Shown here piece after piece: positions 17,958 through 26,225 of a DNA stretch of 64,000 nt. Each line of letters opens with the position of its first letter. The stretch's first letter is position 1. The notes under the pieces are model-generated. The model made no database searches, had not been told where the DNA came from, and was given only the letters and a program-made list of their open reading frames with translations. Made by a program: the position numbers and the translations under genes. This stretch comes from Candidatus Obscuribacterales bacterium (GTDB lineage Bacteria > Cyanobacteriota > Vampirovibrionia > Obscuribacterales > Obscuribacteraceae), in the NCBI GenBank assembly GCA_965228855.1, contig CBDDIJ010000002.1, forward strand, positions 1,568,001 through 1,632,000. The letters are read 5' to 3'.

Positions 17958-19295
17958 GTGAAATCCGTTATGGTTATCGAACAAAAACACTTAGAAACAG
18001 TAGGTTTCAAGCGTAGTCAAACATCTTCAGAGCACTACGAACAGATCGCAGCTCAAGCTCTGCCGAACTCAATAAATCACTTGAACCCGGCGTACAAGCA
18101 CAAGCTTTGCGGCGCGGAAGGTGCAGTAGAGTTCCGTGATGAGGGTGTTTATACCTACGACAATCACGGCAAGCGATACCTCGACTGTCTCGGTGGTTAT
18201 GGAATTTTCAACGTCGGTCATAGACATCCGAAAGTCATCAACGCCGTCAAAGCACAGCTGGACCAGGTATGCTTGCACAGTCAGGACTTGCTCAACCCAT
18301 GGGCCGGTCACCTGGCAAAGCAACTTTCCGATATCACCCCCGGTGATCTCCAGTATTCGTTCTTCTGTAATAGCGGAACCGAAGCTGTGGAAGGCGCTAT
18401 AAAACTGGCTCGCCTGGCGACCGGTAAGTCTGAAATTATCTCAACGAAGAACGCTTATCACGGTGTGAGTTTGGGCGCGCTATCCGCAACGGGTCGCGAC
18501 TGCTTCAGACAACCATTCGAGCCTCTTCTGAATGGCTTCTCTCATGTGGCTTTCGGCGACATTGAAGCTCTGGCTGCTGCTATCACCGACAACACGGCTG
18601 CAGTAATTTTGGAGCCCATTCAAGGTGAGGGTGGTATCAATGTGCCACCAGCAGGTTACTTGAAGAAGGTTCGGAAGCTGACCAAAGAACGCGGCGTACT
18701 GCTGATTCTTGACGAGGTTCAAACTGGTATGGGACGCACGGGTCGCATGTTTGCATGTGAACATGAAGGTGTTGTTCCGGACATCATGTGTCTTGCGAAA
18801 GCTCTCGGTGGCGGTGTTATGCCTATCGGTGCATTTATCTCGACGCCTGAAATCTGGCAAGTTCTCGAGCCAAACCCGAGCATCCACAACTCGACATTCG
18901 GTGGTAACCCGCTCGCTTGTAGCGCAGCGTCCGCGACAATCGAAGTTTTGATGGAAGAAAATCTTCCTGCTAGATCCGCAGTTATGGGTAACTACTTCAT
19001 CACTTCTCTAAAAGAATTGATGGCGAAATATCCGCAATACATCTCGGATGTTCGCGGACGTGGTTTGCTCATCGGTCTCGAATTCAAAACAATTGAAGCC
19101 AGAACCGGCGTCCAACACGAACTTTTCCATCGCGGTGTCCTCGTCGCAGGAACCATGAACGCCAACCGCACGGTTCGCATCGAGCCGCCGTTGACCATCA
19201 CCCGTCCACAAATTGATCTCATGATCAGAACTCTGGAAGGAATTTTGAGTGATCTGGCTGAGGGCACGCTCGAAATGGAAGGCGTTGAAGCCTAA
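17958..19295 (+). CDS. patA: Putrescine aminotransferase (class III PLP aminotransferase, YgjG-like)
   Basis: YLDCLGGYGIFNVGHRHP, LHSQDLLNP, NSGTEAVEGA, EPIQGEGG, DEVQTGMGRTG and AKALGGG (PLP Lys). Start may be ATG 17970. Confidence 0.85.
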   Translation: MKSVMVIEQKHLETVGFKRSQTSSEHYEQIAAQALPNSINHLNPAYKHKLCGAEGAVEFRDEGVYTYDNHGKRYLDCLGGYGIFNVGHRHPKVINAVKAQLDQVCLHSQDLLNPWAGHLAKQLSDITPGDLQYSFFCNSGTEAVEGAIKLARLATGKSEIISTKNAYHGVSLGALSATGRDCFRQPFEPLLNGFSHVAFGDIEALAAAITDNTAAVILEPIQGEGGINVPPAGYLKKVRKLTKERGVLLILDEVQTGMGRTGRMFACEHEGVVPDIMCLAKALGGGVMPIGAFISTPEIWQVLEPNPSIHNSTFGGNPLACSAASATIEVLMEENLPARSAVMGNYFITSLKELMAKYPQYISDVRGRGLLIGLEFKTIEARTGVQHELFHRGVLVAGTMNANRTVRIEPPLTITRPQIDLMIRTLEGILSDLAEGTLEMEGVEA

Positions 19296-19334
19296 TAAAC
19301 TCAAAACCTAGTCTTTTCACGATAACCAGACAGT

Positions 19335-19359
19335 GGGCGGTTCAGCGGAGCCGCCCTTT
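19335..19359 (+). terminator. Intrinsic terminator after patA
   Basis: gggcggttc-agcg-gagccgccc hairpin followed by tttgtcctttt. Confidence 0.7.
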
Positions 19360-19436
19360 GTCCTTTTAGATTTGTTTTGCGCTGTAGCGTTGAACAAACC
19401 TTATTCGGTCACCAGTGATAAACTCTTCTTTGGTCC

Positions 19437-19509
19437 GGGCGATTGGCGCAGTTGGTAGCGCAGCAGTATCACACATTGAAGGTCGGGGGTTCGAATCCCT
19501 CATCGCCCA
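19437..19509 (+). tRNA. tRNA-Val (anticodon CAC)
   Basis: Cloverleaf GGGCGAT TG GCGC AGTTGGTA GCGC A GCAGT ATCACAC ATTGA AGGTC GGGGG TTCGAAT CCCTC ATCGCCC A. Discriminator A; CCA not encoded. Confidence 0.87.
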
Positions 19510-19730
19510 AATTCTTCAAAAAAATGCAAAAGTGTTACCTATGTCTCCGGAACGATCTGTTTCCTGTGTTTCGGGGCACTCAAAACAATTCACCCTGGAT
19601 TCGTAAAATCCCCATTTAACACGCAACCGTTAATTGCTATGTTGCTGGAACATTCGCTCGCACTGCTGCCAATTTAATTGCTCAGACACCCCAAATTGGT
19701 GCGTGCTCAACGCTGCTTATTTCACTACGG

Positions 19731-20915
19731 GTGCAGATTATGGTTGATAAATTTGAGGCGCCGTCGAAGGCGCTTGAGTCTCACGCGGCTGAATTTCAAT
19801 TACAGGCACAGCGTGAGAGTTTTGCAAACGCTGACAAGGGTTTTGTAAGTGGTATCGTAGATAGTGCTATCGATGCCTGGCAGAATCCTGTCAAGACGGG
19901 AGCCAAGGTCGGGACTGGTCTGGCTCTTGGAGCCGCAATCCAAGCGGGTTTGAACAATACCGAGATGATGGGCGGCAAGATCGGCACCGCCGCCAAGGTC
20001 GCTAAGATCGCTCTGGTAGCTGGAACGGGTTTGGTCGCTGCCGCTGATGTTGTTACGTCGGACAAGCCGGGTGAAGCGCTTGGTCACATGGCGTTCGACT
20101 CTGGATTATTTTTGGGAGCTGCGAAGTTAGGCACATTGGCTGATCGAGTTCCTGGAGGAAGCCAGTTACTTGGTCCGCGAGCAACTTCTGAAGTTCCGAA
20201 AGGCTTGAAGTTCGATGTTCGCGGTGAGCAGGCCCGAGTTGATGCAAACATGCTCGAATATGGGGCATATCAGGTCCGGCTCGCGAATGGCAAGGGATTT
20301 GCGTTTCATTCATCCGGTGACAAGGTTGTTCCTCTGCGCGAGATGCCGCTAAGCCTCGCGGGCAAGGGAAACATTGAATATGCGCCAAGAACGACGACTC
20401 TTACAACTGAGTCCGGGCAGAAATTCGTTAGAGACAATGAATTTGGTTCTATTTCCACGAAGATAGGCGAAGACACACTATCTACGACGGGTGGTAAAGC
20501 CTTTCACATGGAGCGACGAGTTGACGGACGATATGAGTCTGTTAGTTGGAACGCCGACGGCTCCGCACACGTGAGACGCGGAAATTATTCATCTGGTCAA
20601 GATTGGTCATTCGCTGCTGACGGGTCTGTTTCGATGAGGAGCTTGCCTCATGGAAAATATCGCATGAACTTTGGTCCGAATGGAGAAGGTATTTCCAGTA
20701 CCGCCCATGGTACCAGTCGCGGAATAGCCGGATTGGTTGGGCCTCGCTCAAGATATGCTCCGCTCACACGCACCGATAGAGAAGTGCAATTGAAGGATGT
20801 AAACGCACCGTCAGTGGTGCTGCCGAGCGCTGAGTCAAGGAACGCGCTAGTGGATGTTAAGCGCATCCTGGACGATCTGTCAGGCGGTGCGGAGCGCCGC
20901 GGATATCGCTCGTAG
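19731..20915 (+). CDS. Hypothetical protein with Gly/Ala-rich hydrophobic N-terminal helices and beta-rich C-terminus
   Basis: 394-aa ORF. Glycine-zipper-like GTGLALGAA and AGTGLVAAA segments. No recognisable family. Confidence 0.7.
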   Translation: MQIMVDKFEAPSKALESHAAEFQLQAQRESFANADKGFVSGIVDSAIDAWQNPVKTGAKVGTGLALGAAIQAGLNNTEMMGGKIGTAAKVAKIALVAGTGLVAAADVVTSDKPGEALGHMAFDSGLFLGAAKLGTLADRVPGGSQLLGPRATSEVPKGLKFDVRGEQARVDANMLEYGAYQVRLANGKGFAFHSSGDKVVPLREMPLSLAGKGNIEYAPRTTTLTTESGQKFVRDNEFGSISTKIGEDTLSTTGGKAFHMERRVDGRYESVSWNADGSAHVRRGNYSSGQDWSFAADGSVSMRSLPHGKYRMNFGPNGEGISSTAHGTSRGIAGLVGPRSRYAPLTRTDREVQLKDVNAPSVVLPSAESRNALVDVKRILDDLSGGAERRGYRS

Positions 20916-21014
20916 AAATGCGATAACGGTTTCCTTTCAGGACCGGTTTATCGTTATTGCGTCGAGCACCGTTGCACAACGCGGCCGCACAAACGCCGGT
21001 GCGTCGAAACGCTT

Positions 21015-22607
21015 TTACATCAAAACGCCGACTACATCTTCGACCGCTGCCAGAAACTCGCCGGAATCGATCAGATGAAAGGCAGTCTCTATGTCGGTTT
21101 TGATCAATCTGTCTTTAGCTAGGTGGGAGATGTGTTCGCGGACAAAAGTATGCGCTGCTTCGACACCTTTGCCTGGTGGTTGGCTCTTGGTTTCAATTCC
21201 CTCTGGAGCAAAGGCTTGACTGTCCCTGCGCATATTGTAGCCAGTGCGCAAATCCAGTCCCTGAGCGGCACAAAGGAGTTCTATAGCCAAAACATATTTC
21301 AGGTTTTTCAAAATGGAACGGGCTTTGCGTGCGCCAATCGTTCCCATGGAAACGTGGTCTTCCTGGTTTGCCGATGTTGGAATCGAGTCGACGCTTGCCG
21401 GGTGAGCCAGGCTCTTGTTCTCGGAAACGAGCGCGGCAGCCGTATATTGAGCAATCATAAATCCTGAGTTCAGTCCGCCGTTCAAGATCAAAAATGGTGG
21501 CAAACCATTCGACAACGATGGGTTTACCATGCGTTCTGTTCTTCGCTCTGAAATATTCGCAAGTTCGGCGAGTGAGGCGGCTACGTAGTCCATGACGAGT
21601 GCGACCGGCTGACCATGGAAGTTGCCGGCTGAAATTACACCGCTGTCAAAGATCAGCGGATTGTCAGTCGCGGAGTTTATTTCTGTTTCGAGCACGACTC
21701 GCGCATGATCGAGCGCTTGCCGACTGGCTCCGTGAACCTGAGGCATGCAACGCAAGGAGTAGGCGTCCTGCACCATGCCGCAGTTCTTGTGGCTTTCCAT
21801 CAGGTCGCTATCCTGTACTAACAAACGCAAGTTGCGTGCAGACGCCATTTGTCCTTTGTGAGGGCGGATTTTGTGAACTTGCGGGTCGAAGGCTTTCTTC
21901 GTTCCCAGCAGGGCTTCCAGGCTCATGGCTCCGATGATGTCTGCAATTTTTGCAATGTTGAGCGCCTCTTTTAAGACGAGTGAACCGATAGCGGTCATCA
22001 CTTGGGTCCCGTTAGTGAGCGCCAGTCCTTCTTTGGCCTGGAGAATCACGGGACGCAGCCCCGCACGGGTCAGGGCTTCGCGACCCTCGTAAAACTTTCC
22101 TTTGTATTCGGCTTCGCCTTCGCCGATGAGGACAAGGGCGAGATGCGCCAGTGGGGCAAGGTCGCCGGAGGCGCCAACTGAGCCTTGCTCGGGAATAAGC
22201 GGATGGACGCCGCTGTTTAACATCTCAATGAGCAGTTGAACGACTCGATGGCGTATGCCGGAGAATCCCTTGGCTAGTGCGTTGGCGCGGAGCAGCATGG
22301 TCGCGCGGGTTTCCGGGACTGACAAATTAGGACCGACGCCAACAGCATGGCTCAGCAGGAAGTTTCTTTGCAGTTTCAAGCTGTCTTCCGGCGGGATATA
22401 AACGTCCTTGAACTTCCCAAAGCCAGTCGTGATGCCGTATACAACCTGTCGCTCATTGAGCATCTGCTCGACCCGGTTGCGGCTATCCTTTATTTGAATG
22501 ACGGTTTGTTGCGAGAGGTCGACTTCGACCTCTCCGGCTGCAACCGCTGCCACGTCCTCGAGGGACAAACTGTTTCCGTCAATGAATAGTGTTTCGGGCT
22601 TACTCAC
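21015..22607 (-). CDS. hutH: Histidine ammonia-lyase
   Basis: VYGITTGFG, SHAVGVG, GSVGASGDLAPLAH (MIO-forming ASG), KEGLALTNGT, QDAYSLRCMPQVHGA and NQEDHVSMG. Confidence 0.96.
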   Translation of the reverse strand: MSKPETLFIDGNSLSLEDVAAVAAGEVEVDLSQQTVIQIKDSRNRVEQMLNERQVVYGITTGFGKFKDVYIPPEDSLKLQRNFLLSHAVGVGPNLSVPETRATMLLRANALAKGFSGIRHRVVQLLIEMLNSGVHPLIPEQGSVGASGDLAPLAHLALVLIGEGEAEYKGKFYEGREALTRAGLRPVILQAKEGLALTNGTQVMTAIGSLVLKEALNIAKIADIIGAMSLEALLGTKKAFDPQVHKIRPHKGQMASARNLRLLVQDSDLMESHKNCGMVQDAYSLRCMPQVHGASRQALDHARVVLETEINSATDNPLIFDSGVISAGNFHGQPVALVMDYVAASLAELANISERRTERMVNPSLSNGLPPFLILNGGLNSGFMIAQYTAAALVSENKSLAHPASVDSIPTSANQEDHVSMGTIGARKARSILKNLKYVLAIELLCAAQGLDLRTGYNMRRDSQAFAPEGIETKSQPPGKGVEAAHTFVREHISHLAKDRLIKTDIETAFHLIDSGEFLAAVEDVVGVLM

Positions 22608-22947
22608 GGCGATTGTTACCTGAATGTGATCGGTTCGGGTTCGTGTGCTCTCCCGCGCGCAATAAACATTTGCGGCGGTTGCAACGCTTCTGACTTCATG
22701 TGAAAGCGTAACATCTATAAGAGTAAGGATTCTAAAAAAAATCCATGCGGCACCGCCTAAAATGTTTTTCTGAATCGTGGAAACAAAGGTAGGCTGGGGC
22801 CGTCTTAGCAGTTACCGGCGATGCCAAGAGAATTTCGAAAGCCGTGTGAGAAATCCAGGGTTTTTCCGGCTCCGTGCCAGGAAAAATCAGGGACTTGATG
22901 AAAGGACCTACATGGTAAGATGGCTGTGAAGGCTTTGGCTGGCAAGC

Positions 22948-24747
22948 GTGACCAAGAAATGTCGGTGTGATGCGGAAATGAATACGAAGCTCTCCTTCAA
23001 ATTGAATCAGCGTATTGTGAGGCTAACGGAAAGAAAATTTCCGCGCGCTGTTTCATTGTCCATGGTGGCACTGGCGGTGGCAGTTTCCGTGACGATGCCC
23101 GCCGCATGGGCCGCTGACGATGGCAACGATTTTGACAAATTAGAACGCAAGCTGTTGCACGTGACTTACCCGAAAGAGACATCTGACCAGCGGCTCGACC
23201 GTCTGGAGAAAACCGTTTTCGGCGAAACGCGCGACGGATCCGACCGGGAGCGTATCGACCGTCTGATGAGTTTGATGCCTCAGGACGATCCTGCTCCGAG
23301 CACTGCCCGCAGTGGCGGCACAAGAACCGGTGGCGGATCTGAAAACGCGGGGGCGAATTCGAAACCCAGCACGGCGAGCAGCAAACCGGCACCTGAGTCG
23401 CGTGACGATGATGGTACTGAGTACCCGGCAGTCAGCGCGATCGAGAAGAAACTATTCGGTCAAGAATTTACGCACGAACCCGTTGAGACGCGTTTGACAC
23501 GTCTTGAGAAGAAGGCATTTGGCAAACAGTCTTCATCAAACGATCTGGTGGATCGGATGGACGCACTCAAGGCGAAGACTGGAATTGACATAGCCCGTCA
23601 GCCATCTGCCGGTACGGACTGGAACGATGAAGATGAGGATGATACAGACTATCCGGAGCCTTCGTCCCCGATTAGTCGCCGATATCCTGGCGTCTCGCCA
23701 CAAGATTCAGGGCGTTCGTTTTCCGGTCGTGACGTGGGCGGTGACCTCAATCGCGCTTTCGGTCGGTCCGGAAGCAGTGGAAGCTACGGCGGCGGAAGTG
23801 GTGCCTACGGCATGGGTGGCGGCGGAATGAGTTCGTCCAGCGGGTCTGGCTCGTATGGTTTTGGCGGCGGCAGTTCCGGTCTATACGGTGGTGGTTCCCG
23901 GGCTGGGATGAAGTCCAGCGGTTACGGCAGTCCGTCGAATAACCGTTTTGGAAGCCCGAAAATTCCAACGACATCTCCCGATGACGATGACGACGATAGA
24001 ATAGCGTATACTCCACGGACGGCTCCGGCGCCCAGAAGTAGTCAGATGCCGCCTACCGCGCCATCCAGAGGTGTCGCGGGTTCGCAGGCGTCCTCGAGTG
24101 CCGGTGGTCTCACTGTTCAGCTAGACGCACTCGAGTCCCAGGTCCTTGGCAAAACCTATCAAGAGCCGATGATGCAACGTCTCGACCGTCTCGAGAATAT
24201 CGTATTTCCTAATGATAAAACGGCGAAGTCTCGCCCTCCTGCTGAGCGCATAGCTCGAATCTCGAGTGTTCTGGGTGGTTCAACCCCGATAGCTCAAAGC
24301 CAACAAAGCAATAACCCGGACGTAACTGGCTATGCCGATCAAAGTCAGATGGGTGACCCGCAGATTGCGCAACAGTCGCAACGTCGCAAAGGTGGTGGTT
24401 TGGGCGGAATAATCAATTCGCTCGGCAACTTCCTGGGCGGTGGCATGGCAGGAATGTCGGTGGGAAGCTACCCTATGCAATCGGGCGGGTTAGTCACAGA
24501 CCCATCTACGGGCTATCTGCTCGATCAATATTCCGGCAACTTGATCAATCCGACGACCGGAGCGATCATGGGGCGCAGAGCGGTGGGAGGCTATGGCTAT
24601 GGCTCCGTGCCAAACTACGGGATGAATTTCAACAACGGTTTCTCGAATCCATACATAAATCCGATGTACTCCAATCCAATGTATGGTATCGGGGGTAGTG
24701 GCATGCGGTTCGGCACTGGTGGAATTCGCTTTGGCGGCGGCTTTTAA
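22948..24747 (+). CDS. Exported protein with three LE-x-RLxRLE helical repeats and G/S/Y-rich regions
   Basis: Signal-like segment ...VTMPAAWA. Repeats LERKLLHVTYPKETSDQRLDRLEKTVFG / IEKKLFGQEFTHEPVETRLTRLEKKAFG / LESQVLGKTYQEPMMQRLDRLENIVFP. Start uncertain. Confidence 0.75.
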   Translation: MTKKCRCDAEMNTKLSFKLNQRIVRLTERKFPRAVSLSMVALAVAVSVTMPAAWAADDGNDFDKLERKLLHVTYPKETSDQRLDRLEKTVFGETRDGSDRERIDRLMSLMPQDDPAPSTARSGGTRTGGGSENAGANSKPSTASSKPAPESRDDDGTEYPAVSAIEKKLFGQEFTHEPVETRLTRLEKKAFGKQSSSNDLVDRMDALKAKTGIDIARQPSAGTDWNDEDEDDTDYPEPSSPISRRYPGVSPQDSGRSFSGRDVGGDLNRAFGRSGSSGSYGGGSGAYGMGGGGMSSSSGSGSYGFGGGSSGLYGGGSRAGMKSSGYGSPSNNRFGSPKIPTTSPDDDDDDRIAYTPRTAPAPRSSQMPPTAPSRGVAGSQASSSAGGLTVQLDALESQVLGKTYQEPMMQRLDRLENIVFPNDKTAKSRPPAERIARISSVLGGSTPIAQSQQSNNPDVTGYADQSQMGDPQIAQQSQRRKGGGLGGIINSLGNFLGGGMAGMSVGSYPMQSGGLVTDPSTGYLLDQYSGNLINPTTGAIMGRRAVGGYGYGSVPNYGMNFNNGFSNPYINPMYSNPMYGIGGSGMRFGTGGIRFGGGF

Positions 24748-24751
24748 TTAG

Positions 24752-25678
24752 GTGTCAGCACAGAAGCTGATGTTGGTTTTAGGTGCCACTGGATTCCTTG
24801 GCCGACTTGTTGTTGAGCGAATGTTGAAACTCAATTATCCTCTTCGCGTAGTGACGCGAGGTGGTGGAGATTGGCAGAATTCCGTCGTTTCGACTCTACG
24901 ACATAAAGGTGTGGACGTCATCATTGGCAACGTTACCGACGAGGCGACAATCGAGAAAGCTGTTGACGGAACATCAGCGATAGTCAACATGGCCGGCTCC
25001 TTTGCAGAGACCGGCGGTGTTTCATATGAGTCCCTGAATACCGACGTTGTTAAGTGGCTCATCAAATACGGCTCGGCTGCAAAAGTGCAGCGACTTATTC
25101 ATCTGAGTTGTCTGGGGGCGCATAAGGACTCAGATTCGCGATACTACCGTGCTAAGTGGAAAGGTGAGAAAGCGGTTCGAAATTGCGATTTGTACTGGAC
25201 TGTCTTTCGACCATCATTTATGTTCGGCGACAGTTTTCCGCTGTTGGATTACCTCAAGCCTGTTTTCACCTTCAAACTATTCCTGCCTGTTATCGGTAGT
25301 GGAACCAACACAATTCAACCTGTGTTTGTTCAGGATGTCGCGGATTGCCTTGTGCAGAGCATTTACTCGCGCGAAACCGTTGGTAAAACCTTTGATCTCG
25401 TCGGTCCCGAAGAGTACACTATGCTCGAATTGCTGGAGATGTCGCGAGATGCGCTTGGTTTGAGCGGTTCAACGATGAATTTTTCGGCCGACATCAGCGG
25501 CAAAACGCTTGGAATGATGGCGAAAGCGTTGCCGAATTCGATTCTGAATAACGAGCTCGTCGGTCTAATGGGAGATGACAGCTTTGGCTCGCAAGAGGAG
25601 ATGCTTGCCAACTTTCAGGTGCAAAATGTTTCTCTCCAGCAATATTTTCCGAGTATCGTCGATTCGCTTGATAAATGA
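24752..25678 (+). CDS. NAD(P)-binding atypical SDR (NDUFA9-like)
   Basis: VLGATGFLG Rossmann motif, YYRAK, RPSFMFG and IQPVFVQDVA. Confidence 0.88.
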   Translation: MSAQKLMLVLGATGFLGRLVVERMLKLNYPLRVVTRGGGDWQNSVVSTLRHKGVDVIIGNVTDEATIEKAVDGTSAIVNMAGSFAETGGVSYESLNTDVVKWLIKYGSAAKVQRLIHLSCLGAHKDSDSRYYRAKWKGEKAVRNCDLYWTVFRPSFMFGDSFPLLDYLKPVFTFKLFLPVIGSGTNTIQPVFVQDVADCLVQSIYSRETVGKTFDLVGPEEYTMLELLEMSRDALGLSGSTMNFSADISGKTLGMMAKALPNSILNNELVGLMGDDSFGSQEEMLANFQVQNVSLQQYFPSIVDSLDK

Positions 25679-25824
25679 CCGCTCACAGTCGGCACTGATG
25701 GGAGTTTCGTCCGTCGGACGCAGAGGTTTTTAACCAGGTTGATTGACTCTTAATGTTTTTTCGCCTGAGGTCCTAGTATGCTAGGTCGTGATTTTGTCTA
25801 GTTGGAACTGCCGGGGGATTCTCG

Positions 25825-26154
25825 ATGATCAGGCTCAGTAAACCTGTCAAGCTGCTTGAGTGGGGCGAAGGCACGAACACGACCAATCAACGCTGGATTG
25901 AAATGGGCACTGGCACAATCGTCGGTAAGCCTAAAACCGTTTCAGGCATCACCACTGTGGTTGTCGAACTCAATAGCAGCGATGTGAAAAAGACGAACGC
26001 CAGTGACGACACAATCAAGATTGCACAAGTCGGCGAGGCGATGACGCCCCTGTCAGAAGTTCTCTGGGGCGAAGTTGGTTATGGACGTTTGAAAAGCATT
26101 AGCGGAAAGAACGTCGAGGTCGAACTGAAGGTTGCCGTGAAGGTTGGCAGATAG
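25825..26154 (+). CDS. Small beta-rich hypothetical protein
   Basis: 109-aa ORF with G-rich SD (gggggatt). Contains an internal pseudo-repeat. Confidence 0.75.
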   Translation: MIRLSKPVKLLEWGEGTNTTNQRWIEMGTGTIVGKPKTVSGITTVVVELNSSDVKKTNASDDTIKIAQVGEAMTPLSEVLWGEVGYGRLKSISGKNVEVELKVAVKVGR

Positions 26155-26225
26155 CCGTTTAAGCGTGCATTGAAGAAAAACTGAAGTCCGCCAGTTTCGC
26201 GTCTTGGTGCTGATAGACTCACTAA

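Noticed and set aside
19437..20915. Genomic island integrated at tRNA-Val (also considered for tRNA-Arg)
   Set aside because: I saw no integrase, duplicated tRNA 3' end or obvious compositional shift.
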